DNA from: Felis catus
Lineage: Eukaryota
Direction of reading: 5' to 3'
NCBI RefSeq assembly: GCF_018350175.1
Contig: NC_058380.1
Coordinates: 55,552,001-55,616,000, forward strand
DNA length: 64,000 nucleotides
Numbering within the stretch: position 1 is the stretch's first letter; the number at the start of each line of letters is the position of its first letter. Position numbers and translations under genes: made by a program. Of this stretch, positions 37,581 through 50,050 are shown piece by piece. Under the pieces are notes generated by a model. It was not told the origin of the DNA and made no database searches. It saw only the letters and a program-made list of their open reading frames with translations.

Positions 37581-37780
37581 GGGGCGTCTGGGTGGCTCAG
37601 TCAGTTGAGTGTCCAATTCTTGATTTTAGCTCATGGTTCGTGAGTTCGAGTGCCACATCAGGCTCCACGCTGACAGTGCAGAGCCTGCTTGGGATTCCCT
37701 GGCTCTCTACCCCTCCCCAACTTGTGCATGCGCTCGTGCCCTGCCCCCTCTCAATTTAAATAAGTAAACTTAAAAAAAAT
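37581..37780 (+). mobile_element. Can-SINE inside a reverse L2 fragment
   Basis: SINE head and tail. Confidence 0.8.
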
Positions 37781-38107
37781 GAAATATCCTGGATAGGGTA
37801 GGGGAAAGGCAGTTGAGCAGGGCCATGTGGGTCCCTCAAGAGCTCCATGACAGGTGCAAGGGAGCCCAGGAGCAGGCTGACTTAGGACAAGGGTAGGATG
37901 AGGCAGGAGAGGACAGGAACACATGGGGCGTGGGGGTGGGGAGTGAGGCCAGGACAGGCTGACAGGCTTGAGGAAGGTCAGGAGGTACATGGACTGGAGC
38001 AGGCATGGAGGGTCTGAAGACTGAGGGTCCGCATTTCCAAGTAGGAGCTCAAAACCATTTGCTAAAAATAATGAATGAGTGAATAAACTCCACATGATCT
38101 CCTGCGT

Positions 38108-38378
38108 CAGGGTTTTCAATTGGCAGTCCATGGGCCAGTCCATCCGGAACACATGTTTTGTTTGGGTGATCTGGGTTTGACGACCAGAGGTTTCAGCCTC
38201 CCTTGACAAATCAGAAGCTCTGGCAGCTCTGACCTTCATCCCGCCTTGCGTGCCAGCAGTCAGCTAGAATAGTAGCAGCCACGCCTTTGCACAGGTCAGC
38301 ACTCTGCACTTAGCCCCAGTTCCTGCCACTCTGTGTTGATTCTCTGGCCCCCATAGCATGTAAGTTTGCAACTCCTGC
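38108..38378. mobile_element. hAT-Charlie relic (MER102-like)
   Basis: termini cagggttttcaa / ttgcaactcctg; internal atgttttgtttgg, aaatcagaagctctggca. Confidence 0.55.
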
Positions 38379-38919
38379 CTTATGTCTTATATCAAGAGCT
38401 GTTTTTCCAGGGCCCTAATGGCCCAGCCCCTCTTCTCCCTGGTCAGTGAATGTAGTCCAGCCCCGTTCAAGGCCAGCCCTGAGCACAACATCCCCAGAGG
38501 CTGTAGAGTGGAACTGAGTGGAATGGTCCACCTCCCTCATCCTGGCTGCTGTAAATGGGGCCCAAGGTCATACTAGCTTTTCTGGCAAAACTTTTGCCCT
38601 GATGACTCACTGAGCTTCTGATAACTGAAAAAGCTTCCCCACTTCTTGGCACAGGCCCAACAACTAAAAATAAGAACACAATGTCCTATATGAGCTTAAA
38701 CCTCACAGAGTTCTTTTATAAACGTTATTTCCCTTCAATCCTCACAGCAAATCTGCCTGGCAAATGTTTCAGCTCCCATTCTACAGATGGGGAAACAGGC
38801 CCAGAGACTACCAAAAGCCCAAAAGTGAAGGCCTTACCTCAGCTGGAGGGAATTAACAAACCAGGGTGTTAGAAATCCTGCTGTAGTAAGTTAAGGAACA
38901 GAGAGTAAATAGAGATTAA

Positions 38920-39135
38920 GGGTCACACTGTGATATTAGGTTGCATTGGATTTAATCCTAACTTAAAATGTGACTTTGGACAAATAATTTAGTCTCAGAG
39001 CCTCAGTTTTCCCATCTGTTAAATGGGGATAATAATAGAACTTCCCTCACAGGGTTGCTGTGAGGATTTGAGAAGATACAGTATGTAAGGGGCTTGGCAT
39101 CATCATGCCTAGCATGCAGTAGGTACTCAATAATA
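38920..39135 (+). mobile_element. MIR
   Basis: gagcctcagttttcccatctgttaaatggggataataata...gggttgctgtgaggatt core. Confidence 0.85.
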
Positions 39136-41129
39136 ATCTCAATAAAGGGAAGACAAACAGGGGCACAGGAAGGCATTGGTGCATGTGAGTGGTGCCTGCT
39201 TCTCCTAAGAGCTCTCTGAGGAGGCACCCTCCTACCTCCATGGTTCCAAGGTTTAACAACCCTCATGAGGCTGGAATGTTTTGTCATGAATAGATGACTT
39301 TGTCCTGGATTAAGGCTGGACACCGTCCAGCTGCTGTCTTCGCAGCTCAGAAGTCAAAGCAGGAGGGCAGGTAACAGGGGAAGGGAAAAGGACAGGAGAC
39401 AGGGAGTGGAGAGCAGTTGAGAACACTTATCGTGACAAGAGACTAGCACATATGTCCTACATGTATACTGGGTATCTGCCACCTCAATGTTAGTGTCACA
39501 TTTACCAACAAGGAAGCTAAATTTCTAAACAGTCAAGATACTTGTAGAAGACCACACAGCTAGAAGATAGCAGAGCCAGGACTCAAACATCTCCACAGCC
39601 CATAAAGGTCCGATTGAACACACATACTAACTGAGAAGACAGACTTAGCCATGGAGAGGCCTGCCCAGGGCCAGCTGGTGACTCAGTGACAGAATCAGGA
39701 TTCTTATGTCTAGAGGCTCCTGTGCTCCATGGGCCACACCATCTCCTACACTGGCTCAATGCACACACACTCATAGCCACACAACCAGTTGTACTCATAC
39801 TCACATGCACACACTCAGGGACACTCTCTCTCACCCCCACTTCCTCTGACATGCTCCTGACTGCCTTTGCTTTCCTTCCCAGAGCCACCCCTTCTTTTCA
39901 TGAACCTGGGCCTGCCATAAAGTCCAGACAGGCATGGCTACAGCTTCAGGGAAGAGGCTGTCTGCTGTAGATGGTAGAGCTGAAGCAGGTGGAGAGAGGG
40001 AGTTTCTAAGAAACCTCACATCCCACCTACAAGTCTGGTTTCTGTCCCATCATCTACTCAAAGAGCCCTTGTCAAGGTCCCTAGTGACCTCCCTGTTACC
40101 AATCCCTATAGACCCTTATCAGTGGTCACTTTCTCTGGCCCGTATGTAGGCCTCCCACTGCTGACCACCCACTCCTGTGGACCCTACCTTTCCCCCCTTG
40201 TCCTCTCACCTCTCTGGCCACTCCTCCTCAGACTTCTTTGTGAAATGCTCCTCTTCAGGTTTGTCCTCAACTTATCTTTTTTTTTTCCCTCTTTCTATAC
40301 ACTGTCACTGGACAGTTCTATAAGCACCATCCATATTCTGATCAGCTCTAACTCCTTACTTCCAGCTCAAGTCCCTCTTTTGAGCTCCAGACCTCTATAT
40401 CCAACCACCCCCCAGATGTCTCCACAGGCACCTCACCTGATCACACCCAAACTGACCTCACTTTTGGCCCTGTAGCAGGCTCCGGACTCCAGAATGATCC
40501 TCCTTGGCATTTACCCCTCATCTGCTACTTGGAAAATCTCGATTCTTTCTCAGCTCCCTCAACGTGTGCTTTCTTCTCCATCCCTGGACTGGTCACCACC
40601 ATTTCTCTATCCAAGGTCAACAGCCTCCTAACTGCTTCCCCTCCCACCAGCTTTGCCCATTCTGCTGAGACTCCACACTGCACACCGAACCATCTTCTAA
40701 AATCTAAATCTGAACACATCACAACCCTGCTTGAGAACCTTCCGTGTATCCTCACTGCCCTCAGGATTAATTCTCAAAGCATGACCCTCGATAACACTTC
40801 TCTCCAATCTCTGTACTCTTTGTTTCCCTTCTTCCCGTTTCCAGCCATGCCCCCTGATACCTGCTCGCCCAGCCCATAGTTTTGTTCTGCCCTCACATAC
40901 TTTGATCCCTTTCTTTCCCAAAAAGATAGTGAGAAAGACAGAGCTCCTCCTAACTTTCCTATCCTTCTTTAGCTCCCAGCTCCAAGACTGAATAACGGAC
41001 AATGTGACCCAGGGGTCAGTGGTGGGGAGGGGGGCATGGATTGCCTCCACTGAACCTCACCCTCCTGAGGTCCTGGGGTTCACGTCCCTTCCTCAGAGCC
41101 CACCCACCCTGTGCCACCCACCCACTCAC

Positions 41130-41247
41130 CATCATGACATATGTGCTCATGAACTCCGCCAGGAACTCTCGCACCATCTCCTTTTGCATTATTGCTTGCA
41201 TCTTTGTTACCACAGGTGATGAGACCATCTTGGAGTTGCGGGTAGAC
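41130..41247 (-). CDS. AQP7: AQP7 coding exon (STRNSKMVSSPVVTKMQAIMQKEMVREFLAEFMSTYVMM)
   Basis: ctccag acceptor, ATG|gtgagt donor; 118 bp; REFLAEF TM1 motif. Confidence 0.96.
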
Positions 41248-44200
41248 CTGGAGCAGCAGCCCAAGCCCGTGGGTAGGAAAGAGGCCCAAGTGCACTCACT
41301 GCCCATGGGCCCTTCAACTCATAGCTGAGTTAATGGGTAACCCAGAGGTTACCCACACACACCTCCTCTTGCCCAGGTCAGCTGGTACAGCTGGGATCAG
41401 AGACAACTGAGAGCCACAGGGATGTAGCCTGGGAAGGGTGCACCAATGAGGCCATTTTGCAGAGAGGGCAGTGGGGAGCCAAAAAGTGTCATCTGTGGTG
41501 CCAGTGAGTCTCAGAGGAGAAGCAGATGGGAGAGAGCAGGCAGAAAAGTCGAGCTCAGCTGTCCATCTATCTGTCTCCCTGCCTATCTGCAGGAGCCAAA
41601 GCTCTGGGAACACAGGCCAGGCATCAGGCAGGACCTGTCAATAGGGAGATACTCCACAAACAACACACGGTGTAGCAAAGTCTGCTCAGGGTGCTATAAA
41701 CAGCCCTGAGGCCTGAAACATACATTAGGTTCTGCCAGAGGTGAAAGTATCTGCAAAGTGCACCGGGCCTTTGCAATGGGCTCAACACAATCAGACGTCT
41801 GTGAGTGAATGAATGAATGAATGAATGAACAAATGAAAGAGAGGAGAGAAGAAAGGAGAGACCGGATCTTCTCCCCTGTAGTATGTTCAGTGCCTAGCAC
41901 AGTGCCAAATGCAGAGCAGTTGTGCAATATATATTGTCAAATGAATGACAACTGAGGAATCCATCTGTCTTACTCTCCACTAGATCCTCAGAACTTCCTA
42001 CAATGCCTGGCACATGGTAGATACTTGATAAATATTTGTTTAATAAATGCATGGTTGGATGGATAGATAGACAAAAAAGTGAGTTACAGGCCCCATTATC
42101 TGTTGGAGGTGGGGTAGAGACCTCTGGTTTGGGGAAGGAGATGGAGTCTAGAGGCTAAAGAAGAAGAGGAGGGGTACAGATACCTTTAAGTGTGGCCTTA
42201 GTGCTTGTTCAGACTGGTGCCCCTCCCCATGCTGAATGCCTGAAGCTGACACCAGCCCCTCAGCTACCTCATCTTGCTAGGGATAGCAACATCACCCCCT
42301 ACTCCTCCCCGGACTTCCTAAAATTTCCCTGGCCTCACAGCAGCACAGATTAAGTAGAGGGAGTAAGAAATGTAAGTCAGGCATGGATAAAACAACTTCC
42401 ACTTTTATGGCTGAGACCCTATGTTCAATCTCACCCACCCCAGTCCTTGTTCTGTCCTTACTCCAGGGAAATAAATCAAGGGCTGAGTATATGGAGGGAG
42501 ATATAGAGTTGCATGGACAATTTACTGGCTCCCATCCAACTCCAGCTTCCATGCAGCATCATTTGGGGGTCTCCTTGCCCCTATAACCAGCCAGGCAGGG
42601 ACCCAAGAGGGTCCTGGGAAAGTACCACAAAGGTAGTGGAGAAGTGACAGAGCAGGAAGCCAAGGACACCAAGAGAATTTTAGAACCCTGGCCCCATCCT
42701 CTCCACCACATGGCAGGCAGGACAGAGTAAGCAATAAATAAATAACCACCAACCAGCTACTGACCTAGAAATCTACCAAATGCCTGCTATGTTCAAGCAT
42801 TGTAGTAAAGAACATTATCATGATCCCTGCTCTCAGGAAGAAAAACAATTAAGTAATTGCTATAAAGTGTGAGGACTGTTGCCACAGGTGAAGGGGGGCA
42901 CTACTGGATTGCAGAGAGGAAGCAAACAACCTAGAGGTGGGGGTAGGAGGGTTTCCCACAGGAAAGGAAACAGGTCAAAAATGGAAGGCTGGCCAGATGA
43001 AGGAGCATCAGGGGAGGCAGGGGAAAGTTCAAGGCATCAGAATAGCATGGCAGAGGCTTGCAGCAAAGGACTGTGTGATGTAGAGAGGAACTCCCCAAGA
43101 ATGAGCTGGCCAAAGAGAGGAGAGAAAGTGGCATGAGGTGGGTAGAGATGGCAGAAGGCCTAATGGTCTGTGTTAGGGGGTGTGAACTCGACCCAGAGAG
43201 CCATGGGGTTTGGTGGAAGATTTAAGCAGGAGCACTGCCTCCTCTATGGAGGCTGGGATGAGGGAGCAGGAGTGGGAGTGTGGTGAGCAATCAGGAAGCT
43301 TCTGCCACAGACAGCCTGAGCAGAGATGGCAGCCTGAGCCAAGAAGGTGCCATGGAGATTAGAAAACAGTGAAAATGACACACTTAGGGTTTAACTGAAG
43401 AGGAGAATGGAGAGAGAAGAGATGACCTTCGGGTTTAGGAAGAGCAGCAGAATGACAAGCGAGGTGCAGGAGAGAAGCTGCAGCCTTAGGCAGGAGTATG
43501 AGGAGTCTGTCCGGCCATGTTAACTTTGAAGAGCCTGCTAGACATTTAGGCAGAAATGGCCTATAAGGAGGCAGCTGGTCATGTAGTCTTGTTTAGAGAT
43601 ACACATCCAGAGGCCACCAAATCATCTGATCCCTGGCCATAGATGAGGCCAAGGAGAGGATATAGAATGAGAAAAGGGCATCTGAGAAAAGTGGCCTACA
43701 AACTGAGAAGCTAACGGCAAACCAGATAATTACCCACACGATATCTGCTAACCGAGGTGCTAAATAGCTAATAAACTCACCAACCAACCCTTCAACTTAC
43801 TAATTAATCTAGCAGCTTAGCCAACTAACTGTCCTGTTCACCAGCTTATTTAATTATCTGATCAACCAAACACTTATAAACCAGCCAGGCCTCAGCAGTA
43901 CAGAATACAAACCCAGTCTCCAACCTTGGATCACTCCATCTAGTGGTTCTGATGGATAAGGGATAACAGCAGCACCATCAGAGGTGAGAAGCCCAGGGTG
44001 GGAGAGGTGAGGCCTGCAGACACTTTTGAGGAGTGGACAGGATGGGGCCTAAAGTGCCTGTGAGGGAGTAGAGTAGTGGTAGAAAGAATGGTGGGAGTGA
44101 GAACATTCTAGATATTTTAGGAGATGGGACTAGATGTGAGCTATGGGGGAGACAGAAGTGTGAAGGACAAACAAGGTCTTGACTTCTGGCTTGAGCAATG

Positions 44201-45061
44201 GAGAAGGGGATCCTTGGCTGAGTTGAGACCACAGGAGGAGTCAGCTTGGGATATGGAGGTTGTTTTCAACTGGGACTGAGTTGCCTGTGGAACTCACTTG
44301 GAAACAGTATCTGAAGCCCCAGAGAGAACCCAGCACAAAGGGGAGCCATTCATTCTCTCTATCCAAGGGTGCACAAATATTCCTGCTCCTGTGCTGGCAG
44401 GCAGTGATGAAATGTAATAAGCAAGTACATTTGCGTGTCAGAAGGTAGTATGGCCTATGGGGATAAACAGAGCAAGGGAAAGGGGGTGGGGTATGATTTT
44501 AAATAGGGCAGTTGGGGTAAGCCTCACTGAGAAGACATGAGGAGGTGAGGGAAGAGCATTTCAAGCAGAGGGGAAATCCCAGAAGGACTCTGAGCATGTT
44601 TAAAGGAAAGGAAAGGAGGTCATTGTGACTGGGGTTGGGGAGAGCAGGGATGGAGTGGGGGAAGGTCAGAGAGGAAACTGGGACTAGGTAGGCAGGGCCT
44701 TGGCCATTGCAAGGGCTTTGGTTTTTATTGTACTCTAAAGATCTGAGCCTGTGAGGGTGAGAGGCAGTGAGTTCAGTTGAGCACCACCTACATAAAGGCA
44801 GTTGGAACCCCCTCACCAGCCCCTTGACCCTCACCCAGGTCTTTCTGAGCCTCCCTCACCCAAGGGCCCAGCCCAGGGTCCGGCTGGGAGAGGTCTTTCT
44901 TCTGAGACTCCTGGGGGGGGGGGGGGGATGGGTAGGAGTGGGGGGAGGGAGGGGTCAGCTGCCATGAGGGAGAGGCTGGGAGTAGGGCAGGAAGGGCACA
45001 GGGATGTGCTGGGAGGGTGGGGGATGGGTGGCTGGAGGAGGAGAATGGGTGGAGTGCTTAC

Positions 45062-45087
45062 CGCCTCTTCCTATCTGATTCAGCCAT
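45062..45087 (-). CDS. AQP7: AQP7 first coding exon (MAESDRKRR); whole exon 45062-45112 including 25 nt of 5'UTR
   Basis: ccacag acceptor, agaacATGG Kozak, CG|gtaagc donor; 26 coding bp; total CDS 1020 nt = 339 aa + stop; gives an RRST basophilic kinase site across the junction. Confidence 0.9.
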
Positions 45088-45506
45088 GTTCTGTCTTTGA
45101 GATTTTTAGATGCTGTGGAGCCAAAGAGAGGTCATTAGGGCTGGGGTGTGGGGGCACAGAACTTGGCCCCACATTCTCATCAGACCTCAGCCTCCCAGGG
45201 GAGAAGCCACAGGGACAGGTCCTGCCGGTTCCAATCTCTCAACTCAGCCAAGCTGACAAAGAGAAGTGTGGACGTGCCTTAGCCAATGGGGAAAGGCCCT
45301 GCAGTCCCACCCCTTCTACCCATGCTGGCCTTGGGACCCCTGGACCAGGTCCTTCCTGGGTCCTTCTGACTTTCTCCACTGTCCAAAGTGGAGATGCCCA
45401 CAGCCTCCCCTCAGTGGCTCCACTCTCACATATGTGGGTATTATTGCTTTTAGTCTAACCTCTTGCTGCTGACTTAAATTCCGATTTTCCAGGGCCTTTT
45501 CCTTTT

Positions 45507-45510
<4 letters not shown>

Positions 45511-45567
<57 letters not shown>
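45511..45567. repeat. (CA)n microsatellite in AQP7 intron 1
   Basis: direct reading. Confidence 0.95.
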
Positions 45568-46226
45568 ATATGAGGTCCTAAGAATTCATTTAGTCCATTC
45601 TTCTAACTCAGAACCAAGTCTACCCGCTTACCTTTCCTGAAAATTCCCCTGTGTATTCCCATTTTCCACCCGAATGACCACACAAATGTAACCCTTGAGT
45701 TTCCCCATCCTGGAAGTCCCCCTTGTTCTCTAGCCAAATTCCCTCTAGCAGTTGCACAAGTTGACATCCCTAGCCCTGACTGCAGACACCCTCCAGCCCC
45801 AGCCCCAGCTTCTCAAGAGGGAACTCCAAGGGGAGAAACCACTCCAGCAAAGCCAGCAATCAAGCCCTTATCTCTGATATTCTCCCTTCTGCTTTGGTCC
45901 AGTGTCTGCTTTCCATGGTCTCCTTATCCTCCAGCCAGCACTCCATTGACAGCCCAGCCAACCTCTGCTGCGCTGCTGGTCCTCCCAACAGTCAATTTAC
46001 AAGTAAGGAAGCTAAAGCCCAGAAAGAGTGTGTGACATGCCTATGTCACACAGCAACTCAGGACTAAACCAGAACAAACATCCTGGCTTTCAACTCCCAG
46101 CTGGAGTTGCTTCCCCCAGACAGTCCCATGGTCACCTCCTCCCCATACAGTCCCTAGGAAGTGGGACTCTGAGGCCTGGCCCCAGGGGAGGCCCCCTGTC
46201 CCAGCCCTGCTTGGAGCCCGACTCAC

Positions 46227-46357
46227 TCTGCTAAAGCGTCCACGTTGGGGGCTTCTTGGTTATAGCAAGCTTTGGTCTTATTTCTCCATGACTGTCCCAG
46301 GCTCTGGCTGCACCCACAGCTGGGGCTCCACTGCCCTGTGTCCAAAGTCTAGAGCCC
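46227..46357 (-). other. AQP7: AQP7 non-coding exon 1 (5'UTR); 5' end approximate
   Basis: cagA|gtgagt donor at 46226; resembles the human AQP7 mRNA 5' end as I recall it (ggctct..gacacaggg..gagccccagctg..gggacagtca..gaagccccca). Confidence 0.75.
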
Positions 46358-46409
46358 GCCTCTCAGCCCTCCTTAGGTGACCCCACGTACTGCTTTGCTC
46401 TGCTCCTCC

Positions 46410-46422
46410 AGGAGAGAAGTCA
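46410..46422 (+). promoter_or_regulatory. PPRE-like DR1 (AGGAGA-G-AAGTCA) in the AQP7 proximal promoter
   Basis: DR1-spaced imperfect AGGTCA half-sites about 55-65 bp upstream of the inferred TSS; AQP7 is a known PPAR target with a proximal PPRE. Confidence 0.6.
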
Positions 46423-47224
46423 GTGGGGCAGGGGTTTGGCCCAAACCGCTTGGGCCAAGTCCAGACACACTGCCCAAAATAGCATCCCTTCTCCGGCCAG
46501 CGGCGCCACAGAGACCAGGTTCTGAGGCAGCCTTTGTGAGGTCAGAGGTGGAGCTCAGAGCGGGTCCCAGAGGAAGGCCCTGCCCTCCAAGCCAGGTGTT
46601 CAGCCCAAAGTTAGAGGAAGCCCTTCAGGGCCCCAGACTTGAGGGGGCTCCAGAGGCTCCAGAGCCCCTGGTTCTGGGAAGAGCTGTGCAGAATGGGGAA
46701 CAGAGATGGAAATATCTGAAAATCAACAGCTAGATGGAGTGGTTTTAGAGAAGACCCTGGTTCAGTCCTCAAGGAACCCCAATTCTGAAGGAGGAAAGGG
46801 AAACTCAGGCCCCTCCCAGTCTCAGGGGGAGGAGGACACATAAGCCATATTTACAGGAAACACCAATCTGATAGGGGAGGTAGAAAGCCAAGCCTGGTCC
46901 TCTGGGGTCCCTAGTCTGAAGGGGGGAGAGAAGAAGCATGGGCCTCGTCATTTGGGAGCCTGTCTGAGCAGAGGAAGGGAAACCTATGCCCTATCATCAG
47001 CAAAATGCCTCCCTCAGGAATGGCAAGCGAGGCCTCTGTGCATGTGCAGGAGTCAAAGCCAAACCAGAGTGTGGGGCACTGGCCCCAAGGCTGCAGAAAT
47101 TTAGTGACTGAGATGGGGTCAGGAGTGAGCCCGGGGTTCAGCTACCATCTAAGAAGACTTCGGGAGCCAGGGCACTGCTGGGCATCCAAGTAATAGATAG
47201 CTCTGGTAATAGAACTGTCATCTA

Positions 47225-47444
47225 GGGGTACCTGGGTGGCTCAGTTGGTTAAGCATCCGACTTCGGCTCAGGTCATGATCTCACGGTCCGTGGGTTCGAG
47301 CCCCACGTCAGGCTCTGTGCTGACAGCTAGAAGCCTGGAGCCTGCTTCAGATTCTGTGTCTCCCTCTCTCTCTGACCCACCCCCGTTCATGCTCTGTCTC
47401 ACTCTGTCTCAAAAATAAATAAACGGTAAAAAAAAAAAAAAAAA
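47225..47444 (+). mobile_element. Can-SINE about 0.9 kb upstream of AQP7 exon 1
   Basis: TSD agaactgtc(a/c)tcta. Confidence 0.9.
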
Positions 47445-48367
47445 AGAACTGTCCTCTAGAGGGTGCCAATAGACCAAGCCAGTCTGGACCCGCATTTTCC
47501 AGGTCCCTTCCTAAAACTGCCCACAGGTCTCTCTGCAGGGAGAAGGCTTCCTGGTCAGAAGCTGTCCATAAGGAGCAAACTCTTCCACTGCTGCCCCCCA
47601 AGGCTGAGGTTCAGACTCCACCTGCAGACTCCACCCTGCAGACTCAAGTGGGTCAGTGTAATGAGTCCTTCCTTCAGAGAGAGAGGAGATGTACCCCTGG
47701 ACATTGGAGACAACTGCCTTTATTCCTTTCCTGTGTGTACTGTCAAGATCAGGATGAGGTAAGGGTCAAAAGTGAAGCTGGGGTCTGGGAATAGGTCAGG
47801 GCTTGGGCACAGTTGGATTGGGCTGGGATCAAGTTGGTGAGGAATAGAATTGGGATCCATATCAGAGTCAGGGATTGAGCCCTGGGCTCATTTACTGGGC
47901 CAGGCACTGGAGACCCAGATGTAGAGAAGACAGCCCTGTCTCTTGGAAGAGATAAGCAGCAGATAACTTAGTATACACTGTGATAAGGTAGATGGTTTAT
48001 AGGCAGTAACTAAGCCAACTTGGAGCAGGGCAAGAATCATCTAGAAGAGATGACAGGGAAGCTGAGTCCTCCAAGTTGAGCGAGGGAGTGTGGGAAGGTG
48101 GTGATTATTTGAAGCCCAGTGGGCTTGTGAGAAAACCTAACACATTCTGTGAATGGCTTGCAGAAGGCTGGAGAAGTGGCTCAGTCCTGCCCCAGGGCCT
48201 CTGCTTCCTCATCTGTGAAATGGAGTTGGAGGATATGAGGTCCTCTGATCCAACTACTTTTGGCATCCAGACAAGGCCCAGGAAAAGGTTTATGAAGGCA
48301 CAGCAGCCCAGTAAATCAAAATCTTATTTGGTAGAAATGATAAATTGGTTGAAAAAGAATTGGTAGA

Positions 48368-49070
48368 AGCACCTGTGTGGCTTAGTGGGTTAAGTGTCCG
48401 TCTTTGGCTCAAGTCATGATCTCATAGTTCATGGGTTCAAGCCCCATATCGGACTGCCTGCTGTCAGCACAGAGCCCACTTCAGATCCTCTGTCCCCCTC
48501 TCTCTCTACCCCCCCCCCACTTGCACAAGCACTCTCTTGCTCTCTCTCAAAAATAAATATTAAAAAAAAAAGAGGGGTGCCTGGGTGGCTCAGTAGGATA
48601 AGCATCCGACTTCAGTTCAGGTCATGATCTCCTGGTTCATGGGTTCAAGCCCCATGTTGGGCTCTGCACTGACAGCTCAGAGCCTGTAGCCTGCTTCAGA
48701 TTCTGTGTCTCCCTCTCTCTGCCCCTCCCCCACTCGTGCTCTCTCGCCCTCTCTCTCTCTGTCTCTCTCTCTCTGTCTCAAAACTAAACATTAAAAAATT
48801 TTTTTAAAATACTCTTTAAAAAAAAAAAAAGAATGAGGGGTGCCTGGGTGGCTCAGTCAGTTGAGCATCTGACTTCGGCTCAGGTCATGATCCCACAGTT
48901 CATGGGTTCAAGCCCTGCATCAGGCTCTGTGCTGACAGCTCAGAGCCTGGAGCCTGCTTTGAATTCTGTGTCTCCCTCTGTCTCTACCCCTCCCCTGCTC
49001 ACACTCTGTCTCTCTCTGTCTCTCAAAAAATAAAATAAAACATTTTAAAAATTTTAGTAATAAAAAAATG
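48368..49070 (+). mobile_element. Three tandem + strand Can-SINEs
   Basis: each head follows the previous A-rich tail; outer duplication gaattggta. Confidence 0.9.
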
Positions 49071-49234
49071 AATTGGTAATATTAGTGTGCTACAGGGCAA
49101 GTTTTGCAAATTTTGATGTATCTCTCAGCATTTAGTCCCTCTTGCAGAAATTAACTTTCTTACTTTAATTTCATCTGCAATACATTCTTTTTGGTAGTGA
49201 AACTTTGAGAATAACCCAGTGCTGATCAACCTAT

Positions 49235-49590
49235 TTTATTTTTTTAAAGATTTTCTTTTTGAGTAATCTCTACACCCAACGTGGGGCTTGAACTTACAAC
49301 CCTGAGATCAAGAGTTGCATGCTCTACCGAGATCATGAGTAGGGGAGGGGCAGAGAGAGAAAGAATCCCAAGCAGGCTCCATGCTGAACTTCAAACCCCT
49401 GACCCAGGGCTGGTTCTCAGGACTGAAATGTCATGACCTGGGCTGATATCAAGAGTCAAACACTTGGGGCACTTGGGTGGCTCATTCAGTTAAGCGTCCG
49501 ACTCTTGGTTTTGGCTCAGGCCATGATCTCACAGTTTGTAAGATAAGCCCTGTGTTGGACTCTGCACTGACAGTGCAGAACCTGCTTGGG

Positions 49591-49641
<51 letters not shown>

Positions 49642-49735
49642 CACCCCTTTCAGTGCTTTCTCTCTCTCTTTCTCAAAATAAGTAAAAAACATTTTAAAAA
49701 AAGAAATCAGACACTCAAGTCACCCAAACACCCCT
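49235..49735. mobile_element. Nested/chimeric Can-SINE complex (- pieces interrupted by a + SINE at about 49465-49703)
   Basis: reverse SINE pieces on both sides of a forward SINE. Confidence 0.75.
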
Positions 49736-49834
49736 CACTTTCCTACCTTTACTCACTACACTAAAAATCTTACAATGTAAATTGGTGATTGGGGACATTA
49801 ATGTTCAACCTAACTGAAAATTTAAATATTTATG

Positions 49835-50050
49835 GGGGCACCTGGGTGGCGCAGTCGGTTAAGCGTCCGACTTCAGCCAGGTCACGATCTCGCGGTCCGT
49901 GAGTTCGAGCCCCGCGTCGGGCTCTGGACTGATGGCTCAGAGCCTGGAGCCTGTTTCCGATTCTGTGTCTCCCTCTCTCTCTGCCCCTCCCCCGTTCATG
50001 CTCCGTCTCTCTCTGTCCCAAACATAAATAAACGTTGAAAAAAAAATTTA
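49835..50050 (+). mobile_element. Young felid Can-SINE (SINEC_Fc-type)
   Basis: near-identical to the 891 and 18005 copies; TSD taaatatttatg. Confidence 0.95.

Noticed and set aside
31255-45087. Possibility that this is an AQP7 pseudogene, like the human AQP7P copies
   Set aside because: All splice sites are canonical, the frame is intact (339 aa) and the gene sits next to NFX1 at the orthologous locus
44802-45458. 218-aa Gly-rich ORF antisense to AQP7 exon 2
   Set aside because: Arises from G-rich low-complexity sequence with few stops and crosses a homopolymer
47612-47645. Short tandem repeat cagactccac(c)ctg x2.5; similar small duplications near 14875 and 61363
   Set aside because: Ordinary slippage duplications; no spacers, not an array
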